Below are positions 25,386-36,591 of a DNA stretch of 64,000 nt, one piece after another. How positions within the stretch are numbered: the stretch's first letter is position 1; every line of letters starts with the position of its first letter. The translations under genes and the position numbers were made by a program. A model generated the notes under the pieces. That model searched no databases. It had not been told where the DNA came from and saw only the letters and a program-made list of their open reading frames with translations. Origin of the DNA: Macrostomum lignano (lineage: Eukaryota); assembly GCA_002269645.1 (NCBI GenBank), contig NIVC01003689.1, positions 1 to 64,000 of the forward strand, given 5' to 3'.

Positions 25386-26159
25386 TAAAATATGCATTCA
25401 CTACGGCAGACACTATAAGACAGACAGGCCACCACAGCCATTCATAAATCTGTCTCTGACTAATCATCATTACTTACTTAGAGATTTTTTACCTATTCGG
25501 ATGGAAATAGCTTGGTAAAAAATTGTAATAATGCCAATAAAGGGTGAAAACAATTGATAGAAAATCCGCGCATTACTACTGTTAATTCAGTCGAGTTGTA
25601 TATATAGCTTATAGTAGTGCACAGTTTCTTTTTTAGCGTTTTTATTTACCAACGTTTAAATTTTAACCTTTAATTATAAGTAGTAAAATTGATTTATGAT
25701 TTTTATAACAAAAAATGCGAACTAGATTCGATCGAAGCTTCCTGAGGCACAGACACCACTCGTAGCCAAAATGCTGTTATGAATCGCACCCTTCTGATTT
25801 TACATTTTTCTTGACTTTTTCATTTATGCTAGCTGTTTGACCCCCTTTTTGGGCCATAGACAATGAACAGCAAGTCTTCAGTGGCTTGATTCACTCGCTA
25901 CGTTGTGAAACATTCTAACAATGTTTATGCTCATTATCAATCGCCAGGTTTACTGCGTATGCTGCTTGCAGTCATAATTGTATAGCATCGTACTTAACAA
26001 TTAATATTAGTTATTTGCTTTCGATACTACTGTTAGTGTGACCCTATAAAATTAAATGTTTTTTGTATCTAAAATTAAACGGGGCGATTTTTTGTCAGTT
26101 AAAGTACGAGCGTACTTCGCGATCTTTATTTTTTCTTGTTGTATATTAATTTTATGTAG

Positions 26160-27095
26160 TCTTTGTAGAAATTTTGTTTATGTCTTTGTAGAAATCCAGA
26201 TAAATGGCTTTTTAGAAATTCGGTAAAGGTCTTTGTAGAAACCCGGGAAAGGTCTTTGTAGAAATCCGGAAAAGGTATTTGTAGAAATCCGGAAAAGGTA
26301 TTTGTAGAAATCCGGGAAAGGTCTTTGTAGAAATCCGGGAAAGGTCTTTGTAGAAATTCGGGAAAGGTCTTTGTAGAAATCCGGGAAAGGTCTTTGTAGA
26401 AATCCGGGAAAGGTCTTTGTAGAAATCCGGAAAGGTATTTGTAGAAATCCGGTAAAGGTCTTTGTTGAAATACGGGAAAGGTCTTTTTAGAAACCCGGTA
26501 AAGGTCTTTGTAGAAATCCAGATAAATGTCTTTGTAGAAATATGGGAAAGGTCTTTTTAGAAATCCGGTAAAGGTATTTGTAGAAATCCAGTAAAGGTCT
26601 TTGTAGAAATATGGGAAAGGTCTTTTTAGAAATCCGGTAAAGGTATTTGTAGAAATCCAGTAAAGGTCTTTGTAGAAATATTGGAAAGGTCTTTTTAGAA
26701 ATCCGGTAAAGGTCTCTGTAGAAATCCGGTAAAGGTCTTTGTAGAAATACGGGAAAGGTCTTTTTAGAAATCCGGTAAAAGTCTCTGTAGAAATCCGGTA
26801 AAGGTCTTTGTAGAAATACGGGAAAGGTCTTTTTAGAAATCCGGTAAAAGTCTCTGTAGAAATACGGGAAAGGTCTTTTTGAAACCCGGTAAAGGTCTTT
26901 GTAGAAATCCAGATAAATGTCTTTGTAGAAATCCAGTAAAGGTCTTTGTAGAAATATGGGAAAGGTCTTTTTAGAAATCCGGTAAAGGTATCTGTAGAAA
27001 TCCGGTAAGGATCTTTGTCGAAATCCGGTAGGAGTCAGTGGAAATCTGTCATGGTTTTTTGTCGAAATCCGGTAAGGGTCTTTGTAGTAATCCGG
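26160..27095. repeat. 23-bp minisatellite GGTCTTTGTAGAAATCCGGGAAA
   Basis: About 40 copies ending ~100 bp upstream of the 27201 ATG. Confidence 0.93.
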
Positions 27096-27200
27096 AAGAA
27101 CGTGTATAGGGATCTATAGACTATTGACTATCAAATAAAGTAATTAGATTTCCAGTATGATTCATATTTAATTCCAATTTTCTGTCGTCGAAACTCACCA

Positions 27201-30200
27201 ATGCAGTCCGACGCCAGTCGCGAAGACTTGTTCCGAGCCCTATTCAGAGCCAAGTCTCTCCTAGTTGAATGCGACCAGCTTCATCGAGCCTATGCTAGAC
27301 AGTGCCGCCTGGTCAGTTCGCTGGAAGCCGAACTGGCCAGAGCTAGAGAATCGGCTGATCGTTGCTCAGCATTGAAAGCTGCCCTGTCATTAACCGAAGC
27401 TAACCTGCAGCGAACTCGGCACGAATTAGCGGAGGCTCGACTAGAATTGAGTCAGTTGAAGCAACCGCAACGTCGCGCGTCTAAACGAATAAGCAGCCGC
27501 GCCACCGATCCTGGGGTGTCAGCAGTTCAACCTAAGCGTCCTAGGCGTGTTGATTTGGACGCCACTTCTTCTAGCGATGAGGATAATGATGAGGATAAAC
27601 CGCAACCTCAGGCGGAAGAATCCACCAGGCCTAAGAGCTCCAATCCTCACAGTGAAGCTCAAATACATGTACAAGAGCCTCTGTGCTCCTCCAATCAATC
27701 CGTTGTGATTGTTTCCGATGAAACAGCAAAGACTGCTGCTAATAGAAAGTTGTCTATAGAGCAGTGCCTGTCTTCTGTTAATCAGCGTCCAAGAAGAACG
27801 CTTCAAATGTACGACAAAGATTGCAGCCGTAGAAATAAACATCAGCGCTACAGACAGAGTCTTTCAGCTAGTTGCGGTGCTGACTTCTCTAAGTCTAAAA
27901 CATCCCAGTCTCCAAAAACTGGCGTTATTCGGCGAAGGCATTCCCACCGGGTAGATCTGGATGCTACATCCAGCGAAGAGGAAGGCAATGGAAGCGGCGC
28001 TGCTAAAAGCAAAAGACGGCGTCCATTAGAGCCTCCTTTGCCGATCAAGTCGTTTGCCTATAACACGAGGTCCAATGCGAAACTTTCGTCTGGCATTATT
28101 GAAATAAGTGCAGAATGTCGAGATGAAGCATCGTCTGATGTCACTATTGTCCTGCAGGATGAGGATGCAAATGGCACTGCAACAGATAAGCCTATTGTTG
28201 TGCAGAATGCAGATGGCACTGCAACAGATAAGCCTATTGTTGTGCAGAATGCAGATGGCACTGCAACAGATAAGCCTATTGTTGTGCAGAATGCAGATGG
28301 CACTGCAACAGATGAGCCCATTGTGCAGAATGCAGATGGCACTGCAACAGATGAGCCCATTGTGCAGAATGCAGATGGCACTGCAACAGATGAGCCCATT
28401 GTGCAGAATGCAGATGGCACTGCAACAGATGAGCCCATTGTGCAGAATGCAGATGGCACTGTAACAGATAAGCGCATTGTGCAGAATGCAGATGGCACTG
28501 CAACAGATAAGCGCATTGTGCAGGATGCAGAAGGCACTGCAACAGATGAGTCCATTGTGCAGGATGCAGATGGCACTGCAACAGACGAGCCCATTGTGCA
28601 GGATGCAGATGGCACTGCAACAGATGAGCCCATTGTGCAGGATGCGGATGGCAATGCAACAGACGAGCCCATTGTGCAGGATGCAGATGGCACTGCAACA
28701 GATGAGCCCATTGTGCAGGATGCAGATGGCACTGCAACAGATCAACCCATTGTGCAGGATGCAGATGGCACTGCAACAGATGAGCCCATTGTGCAGGATG
28801 CAGATGGCACTGCAACAGATCAACCCATTGTGCAGGATGCAGATGGCACTGCAACAGATCAACCCATTGTTTTGCAGAATGCAGATGGCACTGCAACAGA
28901 TGACCCTATTGTTTTGCAGGATGCACATGGCACTGCAACAGATGAGCCTATTGTGCAGGATGCAGATGGCACCACGACAGATGAGCCCATTGTTGAGCAG
29001 AATGAGGATTCAGATAGTGTTACATCAGACGAGGAATCATCTGTTTTACATGTTGCTGTAGAAGATTCTAAGGAATCTGCTGTTATGGAAGAAGCTAAGG
29101 AACCATCTGATTCGTTTGTTGGCCCAGTGGAAGAAGCTAAGGAACCATCTGATTCGTTTGTTGGCCCAGTGGAAGAAGCTAAGGAACCATCTGATTCGTT
29201 TGTTGGCCCAGTGGAAGAAGCTAAGGAACCATCTGATTCGTTTGTAGGCCCAGTGGAAGAAGCTAAGGAACCATCTGATTCGTTTGTTGTCGCAGTGGAA
29301 GAAGCTAAGGAACCATCTGATTCGTTTGTTGTCGCAGTGGAAGAAGCTAAGAAATCATCTGATTCGTTTGTTGTCGCAGTGGAAGAAGCTAAGAAATCAT
29401 CTGATTCGTTTGTTGTCGCAGTGGAAGAAGCTAAGAAATCATCTGATTCGTTTGTTGTCGCAGTGGAAGAAGCTAAGAAATCATCTGATTCGTTTGTTGT
29501 CGCAGTGGAAGAAGCTAAGGAACCATCTGTTAATGATGCAATGGAAGACTCAAATGAATCGTTTAGTGTGACGGTTGTGGAAGATTCACTGCACAATGAG
29601 AATAGAAAATTCATTGAACCTTCTATTAGCGAAGATTTCACATCTGAAAAAGATGTCACACTTCAAAATGCTAACAATACTACTGAGCTAAAAGTTGAAC
29701 ATGCGAAGAAAATTGATCCAGCAGAAGATCCTGTCGAATCGAGACTTTCCATAGCAGAAGTAGCAACAGATTCGACTCAAACGGTTGTAGAAAGACAAGA
29801 AAGTGTAGTCCGAGTCAAAACAACTGCATCAGCTTCATCGAGTGCCGCTTCTAGCGATCCTCATCATCATCGAATTGCCAATTGTTCCACAACAAATAGC
29901 GAAGACTTCGACAATGCTTCGTGCAATCTGGCAATTGCCGATTTTAACGAAGACGACGAATTTGACAAAGCCTCGGTGGCAAGTTCAATTAATAATCGAC
30001 AGGTTTTGCCGTCGCTCTTGTCGCCGATCAGATCGCCCGACTCCGAGACGGTCGACCAGCCTGCGGCGCCCAGCGGCGAATCCGCCAGCCGATTGAAACG
30101 GCGCTCTTTTCCTGTCGACGATTTTGTTCGCGATTTGAATACTTCGTCCGCGTTTCGAGCGGTTGCTAGCGCAATACCGGACGGTTGGCCTCTCGATCCA

Positions 30201-30725
30201 GTGATAGATTGGACATTCTTTTTGTCCCACAGGATCGACATGCTCGAATCTTTACCAGCCGAACCGTTAAGCTATTTAGACCGGATTAATGCCGGGATAG
30301 CCGCTATTATTGATAATAGAGACGATAATAACAGCGCCGATTGTTGCCTTGACGACGACGAATTAGATTATCTGCTTCAGCCGGGTTCAATTGCCGAACT
30401 GTGCCGCGGAGGCGGCGTTCAACCGCCTTGGATTGTCAGCCGGTTGATTCCATTTCTTGAGCGGCTGTTAGATAAAACAGCTGATCGAAACAAAGACTCT
30501 AGAATTGGTTCGTTGCGCCGTCGCTGCCTGGCCTGCCTAATGATTGTCGGGCCGCTGTCGCCTCAGGCGGCCGCCCGATCCGCCGTTCGCTGGATCAACG
30601 CCGACCAGCCGGGGCCTGGCGACGTTATTGTTGGCCAAGTGAAACGGTTTCTAAAAATGAGACCGGCCCTGTTGAAAACTCTGTTCGTTACTGAGAAATT
30701 TCCAGTTTGCCTTCTGGCTGCTTGA
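27201..30725 (+). CDS. Intronless 1174-aa protein: N-terminal coiled coil, acidic disordered middle with coding tandem repeats, helical C-terminal domain; possible ICE1 (little elongation complex subunit 1)
   Basis: Uninterrupted ATG-to-TGA ORF with complex sequence at both ends. Coding repeats of 13-14 aa (DADGTATDEPIVQ) and 14 aa (EEAKEPSDSFVGPV). N-terminal ALxxxKxxxxxxDxLxxxYxxxC spacing matches the recalled human ICE1 N-terminus. The ORF itself is high confidence; the ICE1 identity is tentative. Confidence 0.75.
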   Translation: MQSDASREDLFRALFRAKSLLVECDQLHRAYARQCRLVSSLEAELARARESADRCSALKAALSLTEANLQRTRHELAEARLELSQLKQPQRRASKRISSRATDPGVSAVQPKRPRRVDLDATSSSDEDNDEDKPQPQAEESTRPKSSNPHSEAQIHVQEPLCSSNQSVVIVSDETAKTAANRKLSIEQCLSSVNQRPRRTLQMYDKDCSRRNKHQRYRQSLSASCGADFSKSKTSQSPKTGVIRRRHSHRVDLDATSSEEEGNGSGAAKSKRRRPLEPPLPIKSFAYNTRSNAKLSSGIIEISAECRDEASSDVTIVLQDEDANGTATDKPIVVQNADGTATDKPIVVQNADGTATDKPIVVQNADGTATDEPIVQNADGTATDEPIVQNADGTATDEPIVQNADGTATDEPIVQNADGTVTDKRIVQNADGTATDKRIVQDAEGTATDESIVQDADGTATDEPIVQDADGTATDEPIVQDADGNATDEPIVQDADGTATDEPIVQDADGTATDQPIVQDADGTATDEPIVQDADGTATDQPIVQDADGTATDQPIVLQNADGTATDDPIVLQDAHGTATDEPIVQDADGTTTDEPIVEQNEDSDSVTSDEESSVLHVAVEDSKESAVMEEAKEPSDSFVGPVEEAKEPSDSFVGPVEEAKEPSDSFVGPVEEAKEPSDSFVGPVEEAKEPSDSFVVAVEEAKEPSDSFVVAVEEAKKSSDSFVVAVEEAKKSSDSFVVAVEEAKKSSDSFVVAVEEAKKSSDSFVVAVEEAKEPSVNDAMEDSNESFSVTVVEDSLHNENRKFIEPSISEDFTSEKDVTLQNANNTTELKVEHAKKIDPAEDPVESRLSIAEVATDSTQTVVERQESVVRVKTTASASSSAASSDPHHHRIANCSTTNSEDFDNASCNLAIADFNEDDEFDKASVASSINNRQVLPSLLSPIRSPDSETVDQPAAPSGESASRLKRRSFPVDDFVRDLNTSSAFRAVASAIPDGWPLDPVIDWTFFLSHRIDMLESLPAEPLSYLDRINAGIAAIIDNRDDNNSADCCLDDDELDYLLQPGSIAELCRGGGVQPPWIVSRLIPFLERLLDKTADRNKDSRIGSLRRRCLACLMIVGPLSPQAAARSAVRWINADQPGPGDVIVGQVKRFLKMRPALLKTLFVTEKFPVCLLAA

Positions 30726-30814
30726 CGCATTTTTGCCACTACTACTAGTGCTACTAACTGATAATTATTTTACGCTTTTGTTATTTGCCCTGCTGTGGTT
30801 GGTTCTTTTGAATG

Positions 30815-31850
30815 TGCTCTGGTTGTCTTTGTGTCTGTGTCCTGGTTGTCTTTGTGTCTGTGTGTTCTGGTTGTCTTTGTGTCTGTGTGTCCTGGTTGTC
30901 TTTGTGTCTGTGTGTCCTGGTTGTCTTTGTGTCTGTGTGTCCTGGTTGTCTTTGTGTCTGTGTGTCCTGGTTGTCTTTGTGTCTGTGTGTCCTGATAGTC
31001 TTTGTCTCTGTGTGTCCTGGTTGTCTTTTTGTCTGTGTGTCCTGGTTGTCTTTGTGTCTGTGTGTCCTGGTTGTCTTTGTGTCTGTGTGTCCTGGTTGTC
31101 TTTGTCTCTGTGTGTCCTGGTTGTCTTTGTGTCTGTGCGTCCTGGTTGTCTTTGTGTCTGTGTGTCCTGGTTGTCTTTTTGTCTGTGTGTCCTGGTTGTC
31201 TTTGTGTCTGTGTGTCCTGGTTGTCTTTGTGTCTGTGTGTCCTGATAGTCTTTGTCTCTGTGTGTCCTGGTTGTCTTTTTGTCTGTGTGTCCTGGTTGTC
31301 TTTGTGTCTGTGTGTCCTGGTTGTCTTTGTGTCTGTGTGTCCTGATAGTCTTTGTCTCTGTGTGTCCTGGTTGTCTTTTTGTCTGTGTGTCCTGGTTGTC
31401 TTTGTGTCTGTGTGTCCTGATAGTCTTTGTCTCTGTGTGTCCTGGTTGTCTTTTTGTCTGTGTGTCCTGGTTGTCTTTGTGTCTGTGTGTCCTGATAGTT
31501 TTTGTCTCTGTGTGTCCTGATAGTCTGTGTCTGTGTGTCCCCCCGATAGTCTTTGTGTCTCTGTATGTGTCCCCGATAGTCTTTGTGTCTCTGTATGTGT
31601 CCCCGATAGTCTTTGTGTCTCTGTATGTGTACCGGATAGTCTTTTGGTCTCTGTATGTGTCCCCGATAGTCTTTGTGTCTCTGTATGTGTCCCCGATAGT
31701 CTTTGTGTCTCTGTATGTGTCCCCGATAGTCTTTGTGTCTCTGTATGTGTCCCCGATAGTCTTTTGGTCTCTGTATGTGTCCCCGATAGTCTTTGTGTCT
31801 CTGTATGTGTCCCCGATAGTCTTTGTGTCTCTGTGTGTGTTCTGGTCTTT
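30815..31850. repeat. GT-rich 25-bp (CTGGTTGTCTTTGTGTCTGTGTGTC) then 30-bp minisatellite
   Basis: Direct inspection; the reverse complement shares GACACACAGACAC with the 30-bp satellite. Confidence 0.93.
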
Positions 31851-32289
31851 TTGTGTCCTTCTATCCTGATTTTCGTTGAGTCCTGACTGTCTCTATCCTG
31901 GTTGTGTATGTGTGTGTCCTAGTTGCGTTTCAGTTTGTGTACCAGCTGTTTCGGGTTGTCTTTGTTTTTTAGGTTTTCTTTATTTCTTCGACTTTAGTGT
32001 CTTTGTATCCTTTGTGTCTATTTCTACCTTATACTACCGGTACATGTCTGTTTGCCAGATGGTCAATCCATAGAAAACAAGACCGATCACGCCTTCATTC
32101 GACAATAAAGTTGTAAATATAAATATACTTCAATTTTTTATTTTTGCTAGGCTGTTCCGTTGGCAGGTGGTTATGTGCAGAAAAAACATGTACTCGATTT
32201 ATTGTGCTTTAAGTGCTGTGCTGACTCATTCATTTGTTGAAAACAGCTGCTGCACTCTGGTGCGCAAGCGGTTGCAAACTGGGACATCG

Positions 32290-33265
32290 CCAGCCTCCCA
32301 GATCCTCAGTTGCTGGGCCAGCCTCCCAGATCCTCAGTTGCTGGGCCAGCCTCCCAGATCCACAGTTGCTGGGCCAGCCTCCCAGATCCTCAGTTGCTGG
32401 GCCAGCCTCCCAGATCCTCAGTTGCTGGGCCAGCCTCCCAGATCCTCAGTTGCTGGGCCAGCCTCCCAGATCCACAGTTGCTGGGCCAGCCTCCCAGGTC
32501 CTCAGTTGCTGGGCCAGCCTCCCAGATCCTCAGTTGCTGGGCCAGCCTCCCAGATCCTCAGTTGCTGGGCCAGCCTCCCAGATCCTCAGTTGCTGGGCCA
32601 GCCTCCCAGATCCACAGTTGCTGGGCCAGCCTCCCAGGTCCTCAGTTGCTGGGCCAGCCTCCCAGATCCACAGTTGCTGGGCCAGCCTCCCAGGTCCTCA
32701 GTTGCTGGGCCAGCCTCCCAGGTCCTCAGTTGCTGGGCCAGCCTCTCAGATCTTCAGTTGCTGGGCCAGCCTCCCAGAGTGTCAGTTGCTGGGCCAGCCT
32801 CCCAGATCCTCAGTTGCTGGGCCAGCCTCCCAGATCCTCAGTTGCTGGGCCAGCCTCTCAGATCTTCAGTTGCTGGGCCAGCCTCTCAGATCCTTAGTTG
32901 CTGGGCCAGCCTCTCAGATCCTTAGTTGCTGGGCCAGCCTCTCAGATCCTGAGTTGCTGGGCCAGCCTCCCAGATCCTCAGTTGCTGGGCCAGCCTCCCA
33001 GATCCTCAGTTGCTGGGCCAGCCTCCCAGAGTGTCAGTTGCTGGGCCAGCCTCCCAGGTCTTCAGTTGCTGGGCCAGCCTCCCAGATCCTCAGTTGCTGG
33101 GCCAGCCTCCCAGATCCTCAGTTGCTGGGCCAGCCTCCCAGATCCTCAGTTGCTGGGCCAGTCTTCCAAATCCTCAGTTGCTGGGCCAGCCTCCCAGATC
33201 CTTGGTTGCTGGGCCACCAGTCTCCCAAGTCCTCAGGTGCTGAGCCAGCCTCCCAGATCTTTAGT
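32290..33265. repeat. 28-bp minisatellite GCCTCCCAGATCCTCAGTTGCTGGGCCA (locus 2)
   Basis: Same unit and orientation as 10862-11690. Confidence 0.95.
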
Positions 33266-33679
33266 TGCTGGGTTACGTGGCTTCCCGGACGTTTCAGCTG
33301 TTCTTATATTCGTATTCGGCCTTGTGCATACCAAATTTGTACTTTAGCTGTAAAATGGGGCGTCTGCAGAACAGATAAAGTGAATCAAAAACTTCTCAGG
33401 GGTACTTGCAGCCCCCCCCCCCCGGAAGTCACAAGCAGGTTGAAATATCCGGTCGAAAAACTAATAGAATGAACGATTTGTCAGTTAAATGTTTTCAAAG
33501 CAAAGAAGCAATAAATACCAAATTGTCAAAAATTCCAAAAGCAGTTTTTATTTTTATTTTCAGTCAATTAGTTAAATTACGTGCGTAGTTAGTTAGTAGT
33601 TAGTTAAATTAATTAGTTAGTTCAATTAGTTAAAGTCACCAGAATTAGTTCTACAAGCCATTGCCGTTGCATTGATGCT

Positions 33680-35790
33680 GGAGGCGATGTAGGCTGGCCG
33701 AGAGCAGCCGCCGCATCGCTTCCAAGCAGAGGCTCAAAGCTAAAAACAGCACTGAAAGGCGAAGCCAGAGTCGTTGAGTTGCGTCTGCTGTTGTAAGCAA
33801 GTTGGATTGCGTCCAGGTGCCGATCCCAGTTAATGTCAGTTGGGGAGCTGCAAACCTTGCGAAGCAGGCTGAGGCACGTTTGGTTTAGCCTCTCAGTTTG
33901 TCCATTCGTCTGGGGTTGGTAAGCACTCGTTACTCGTCTTTCCCGTACCGACTAGTATCGCCGAGACATACCATTCGGGTCCCTTCCTTGGGGTCCCAGG
34001 GGATAAAATGGGGATCTCGTGTCAACTTAAGGCTCTAGAATGGAGCCCAAAGCAAGGCTCCAGACCAAACCGACTGGAATCGATAACTGGTCGGACCAGG
34101 TGACTAGAATCGCCGAGATATCCCATCCGGGTCTGGATGTGGCCTCGGCTATTCACCACTACCATCTTCTTACTCACTTTTGTTCTTTTGTGAGCGTAAT
34201 ACGAGCGTATATCCGAACTTGAGCTTGATGGCAGCTGCTTTTAGGGATGTAAAATTATGTATTGATCACCAATGAGCAGAACCAATTATTTTCCTCTAAG
34301 TAGATGGTGAAAAACTCCTAGAGTGAATTCATCATTCACAACGCTGCTTTCAAACAGAATTGACGGTTCGCTAGCAGCAAGAAAACGAGGATGGAAAGGA
34401 TCGCGAAGGAATTGTTCGGCAGCAACTTCCCAGAACACATCGCATAGCTCGCTGAGCAAAAATATTAAAGTCAAATGCTAACAACTCGAAACTCAACCCC
34501 TAACGCAGTTTTTTTCAAATAGAAAAAAAGCGCGATTATCTTTAGATAAAAATCTGAGTCTGACAGGGTCAGAAAAGAGGTTGCAAAATTCTGAGAATTG
34601 TCGATGCGTTAAACCAGTTACTCGTTCGATTAGGTCATCTTTCGAAATTCCAGAAAATAAATTCGGATTGAAATACGATCGAAGAACATCTCCAGCACAT
34701 TCGAAAAATTCCCGGGCCTCTAGCGTTGCGGATGAGAGGAGCCTGCGCATCGTCATTGGACCCGCATCTGCTGGTCTGTACATGCTTGGTCAAGTTTGCG
34801 GCCCTACTTAAAGATTTCCCACAATTTGTGCCGATGCAGTTCGCATTACTCATGATAACAAATAGAATAGAAAACACAAAAACTAAAAATCAGTATCTAG
34901 CTACTAAAACTATACATACACACAGGGCACAGCATAAAGAAAAGCCAACATGGAATTATAATACTTATAAAGTACAAAGGAAAAAAAAGTAGCACAAAAG
35001 CAAAAAAGCACACCAGGCCAGATATAGAGAAATAAAAGAATTTTAATTCTAGAGCCTTAAGTTGACATGAGATCCCCATTTTATCCCCTTTATCCCCTGG
35101 GACCCCAAGGAAGGGACCCGGATGGGATGTCTCGGCGATTCTATAGTCACCTGGTCCGACCAGTTATCGATTCCAGTCGGTTTGGTCTGGAGCCTTGCTT
35201 TGAGCTCCATTCTAGAGCCTTAAGTTGACACCCCCTTTACGAAATTTGCAACACATAGTCAGGATTTAACGAGCTCCACTCTCAGTTGTGGTCGGCATTG
35301 TAACGCAATCCAAGCAGAGGAAGCCGAACAATCGTTGAGCGTCAGTAGGCACCTCAGTCGGATGTATTTCACGCTGTTTGCTAGTGAAATTCTTGTTCGT
35401 CTTCTCACATCTATTGCACGACTTTACTACCGACTCTACAATTGGTGTAACAGTCACATCGCTGTGGAATCGCTCGGTAAAGAGGCCAATTAATGGTGCT
35501 CTTTATTCCCATGTGACGTGACTCGACGTGCAGTGTTTTGATTTTTTCCCTGACTTCATCCTCCGTAAAGAGCACATCCCGCGGCTGTCCCATGGGCGCC
35601 TTTTCTTGCTGCAGTTCCGGTTTCTCACTTTGAGAACAATTGACCGTCTTGGAAGAAAAAGGCTTTACTTTTTCCTCGAATTTCGCGCATCAAATTGTCC
35701 TTCACTTTGGCCGGCAAGTCTCCGGGAATGTCGACGTACTCGTTGTTCAATGAATAAAAGAACACTTGGTTTAAAGCCGCCTTTGCCATG
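33680..35790 (-). mobile_element. Decayed Ginger/GIN-type (Ty3/Gypsy-like) integrase, split by an insertion at ~33950-35231
   Basis: 35790-35232: MAKAALNQVFFY...KAFFFQDGQL, HVESRHMGIKSTI, VKSCNRC (H2C2 zinc finger), LDCVTMPTTTESG. 33949-33680: RVTSAYQPQTNGQTERLNQT...WDRHLDAIQLAYNSRRNSTTLASPF (rve core). Frameshifts present; no RT or gag seen. Confidence 0.85.
33950..35231 (-). mobile_element. Truncated PIF/Harbinger-ISL2EU-type transposase relic with circularly permuted inverted terminal repeats
   Basis: Minus strand 34853-34135: zinc-finger-like CIGTNCGKSLSRAANLTKH; HTH_Tnp_4-like TGLTHRQF...EKLR*GLSFELLAFDFNI...DVFWEVA; DDE_Tnp_4-like LIGDQY...RSYYAHKRTKVSKKMVVVNSRG. Inverted blocks at 33950-34132 and 35048-35231. 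Confidence 0.7.
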
Positions 35791-36591
35791 TCTGTCTGTA
35801 CTTGAAAATACAAATACCTGTCACATTTGCAGCCTTCTAAGTTCTTAATTAAATAGCTTTTAAAATAGTAAAATAGAGCATGAGTGAGATGAAGTATACA
35901 TCATCTAGAGCTCACCCCTGCTAGGTACAGATATTAGCTGTTTGCATATAAAGGCCATGTGAGTCCCCGCACATGCAACCAATAATTATTTGGCAGAGTT
36001 TTAGCCCTGTGGCTGTACTTCGCTCATGTTTATTTTTACCCCCGGAGATTTTATGCCATTTTTGCCTTGCGTTGTCCGGGACTGGAGTTCGCAGAGCAGA
36101 GTCACACTTTCGTTTGATTTACTTTTTCACTTAATAGACAATCTACTCTACTATTAGTAGAAAAGAAAGTAATATAGAAGTAATTTGATTATATACTTGT
36201 TTCAACGAGTATCGCTAGGATTGGCCAGTGGCTCTGATTCGTCACGCATGGGAATCCATCGAATTTCGGGATTTGGAAGCGTTTGACATGCAGACAGGCG
36301 AATCATTTCAGATTTTAAAACATTCATTTTCATGGCCACTGTTCGATTCCTGCTCCGCGAATACTCCCTCCACCGGTCTCTAGTGGCACAATAAGCGGAC
36401 AGAACTACGCGTAGCTGACTGGCTGACTGGATTTTGACTTGTTCATTAAATTTTGCTGCTATAAAATCTGCGTTTTTTCGCACTCGCCGAATCTTTCACT
36501 GCAGTTTAGCATAAGCAAACTTGAGTCTACAAATCATAATTAGAATATTCTTTGTGGCTAACTAAAACGCTTATTCTTAGCAGAGAAAAAA

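Noticed and set aside
20168-25397. Very long Cys/His-rich ORFs (up to 1252 aa)
   Set aside because: Translations of a 30-bp satellite; stop-free because of the unit sequence, with no unique coding flanks.
32167-33472. Proline-rich ORFs of 149-412 aa
   Set aside because: All three frames are open through the 28-bp minisatellite; no non-repeat coding signal.
36202-36483. 93-aa minus-strand ORF as part of the Ginger element or a gene
   Set aside because: No ATG start, no recognisable motif, and no phase-supported splice to the integrase.
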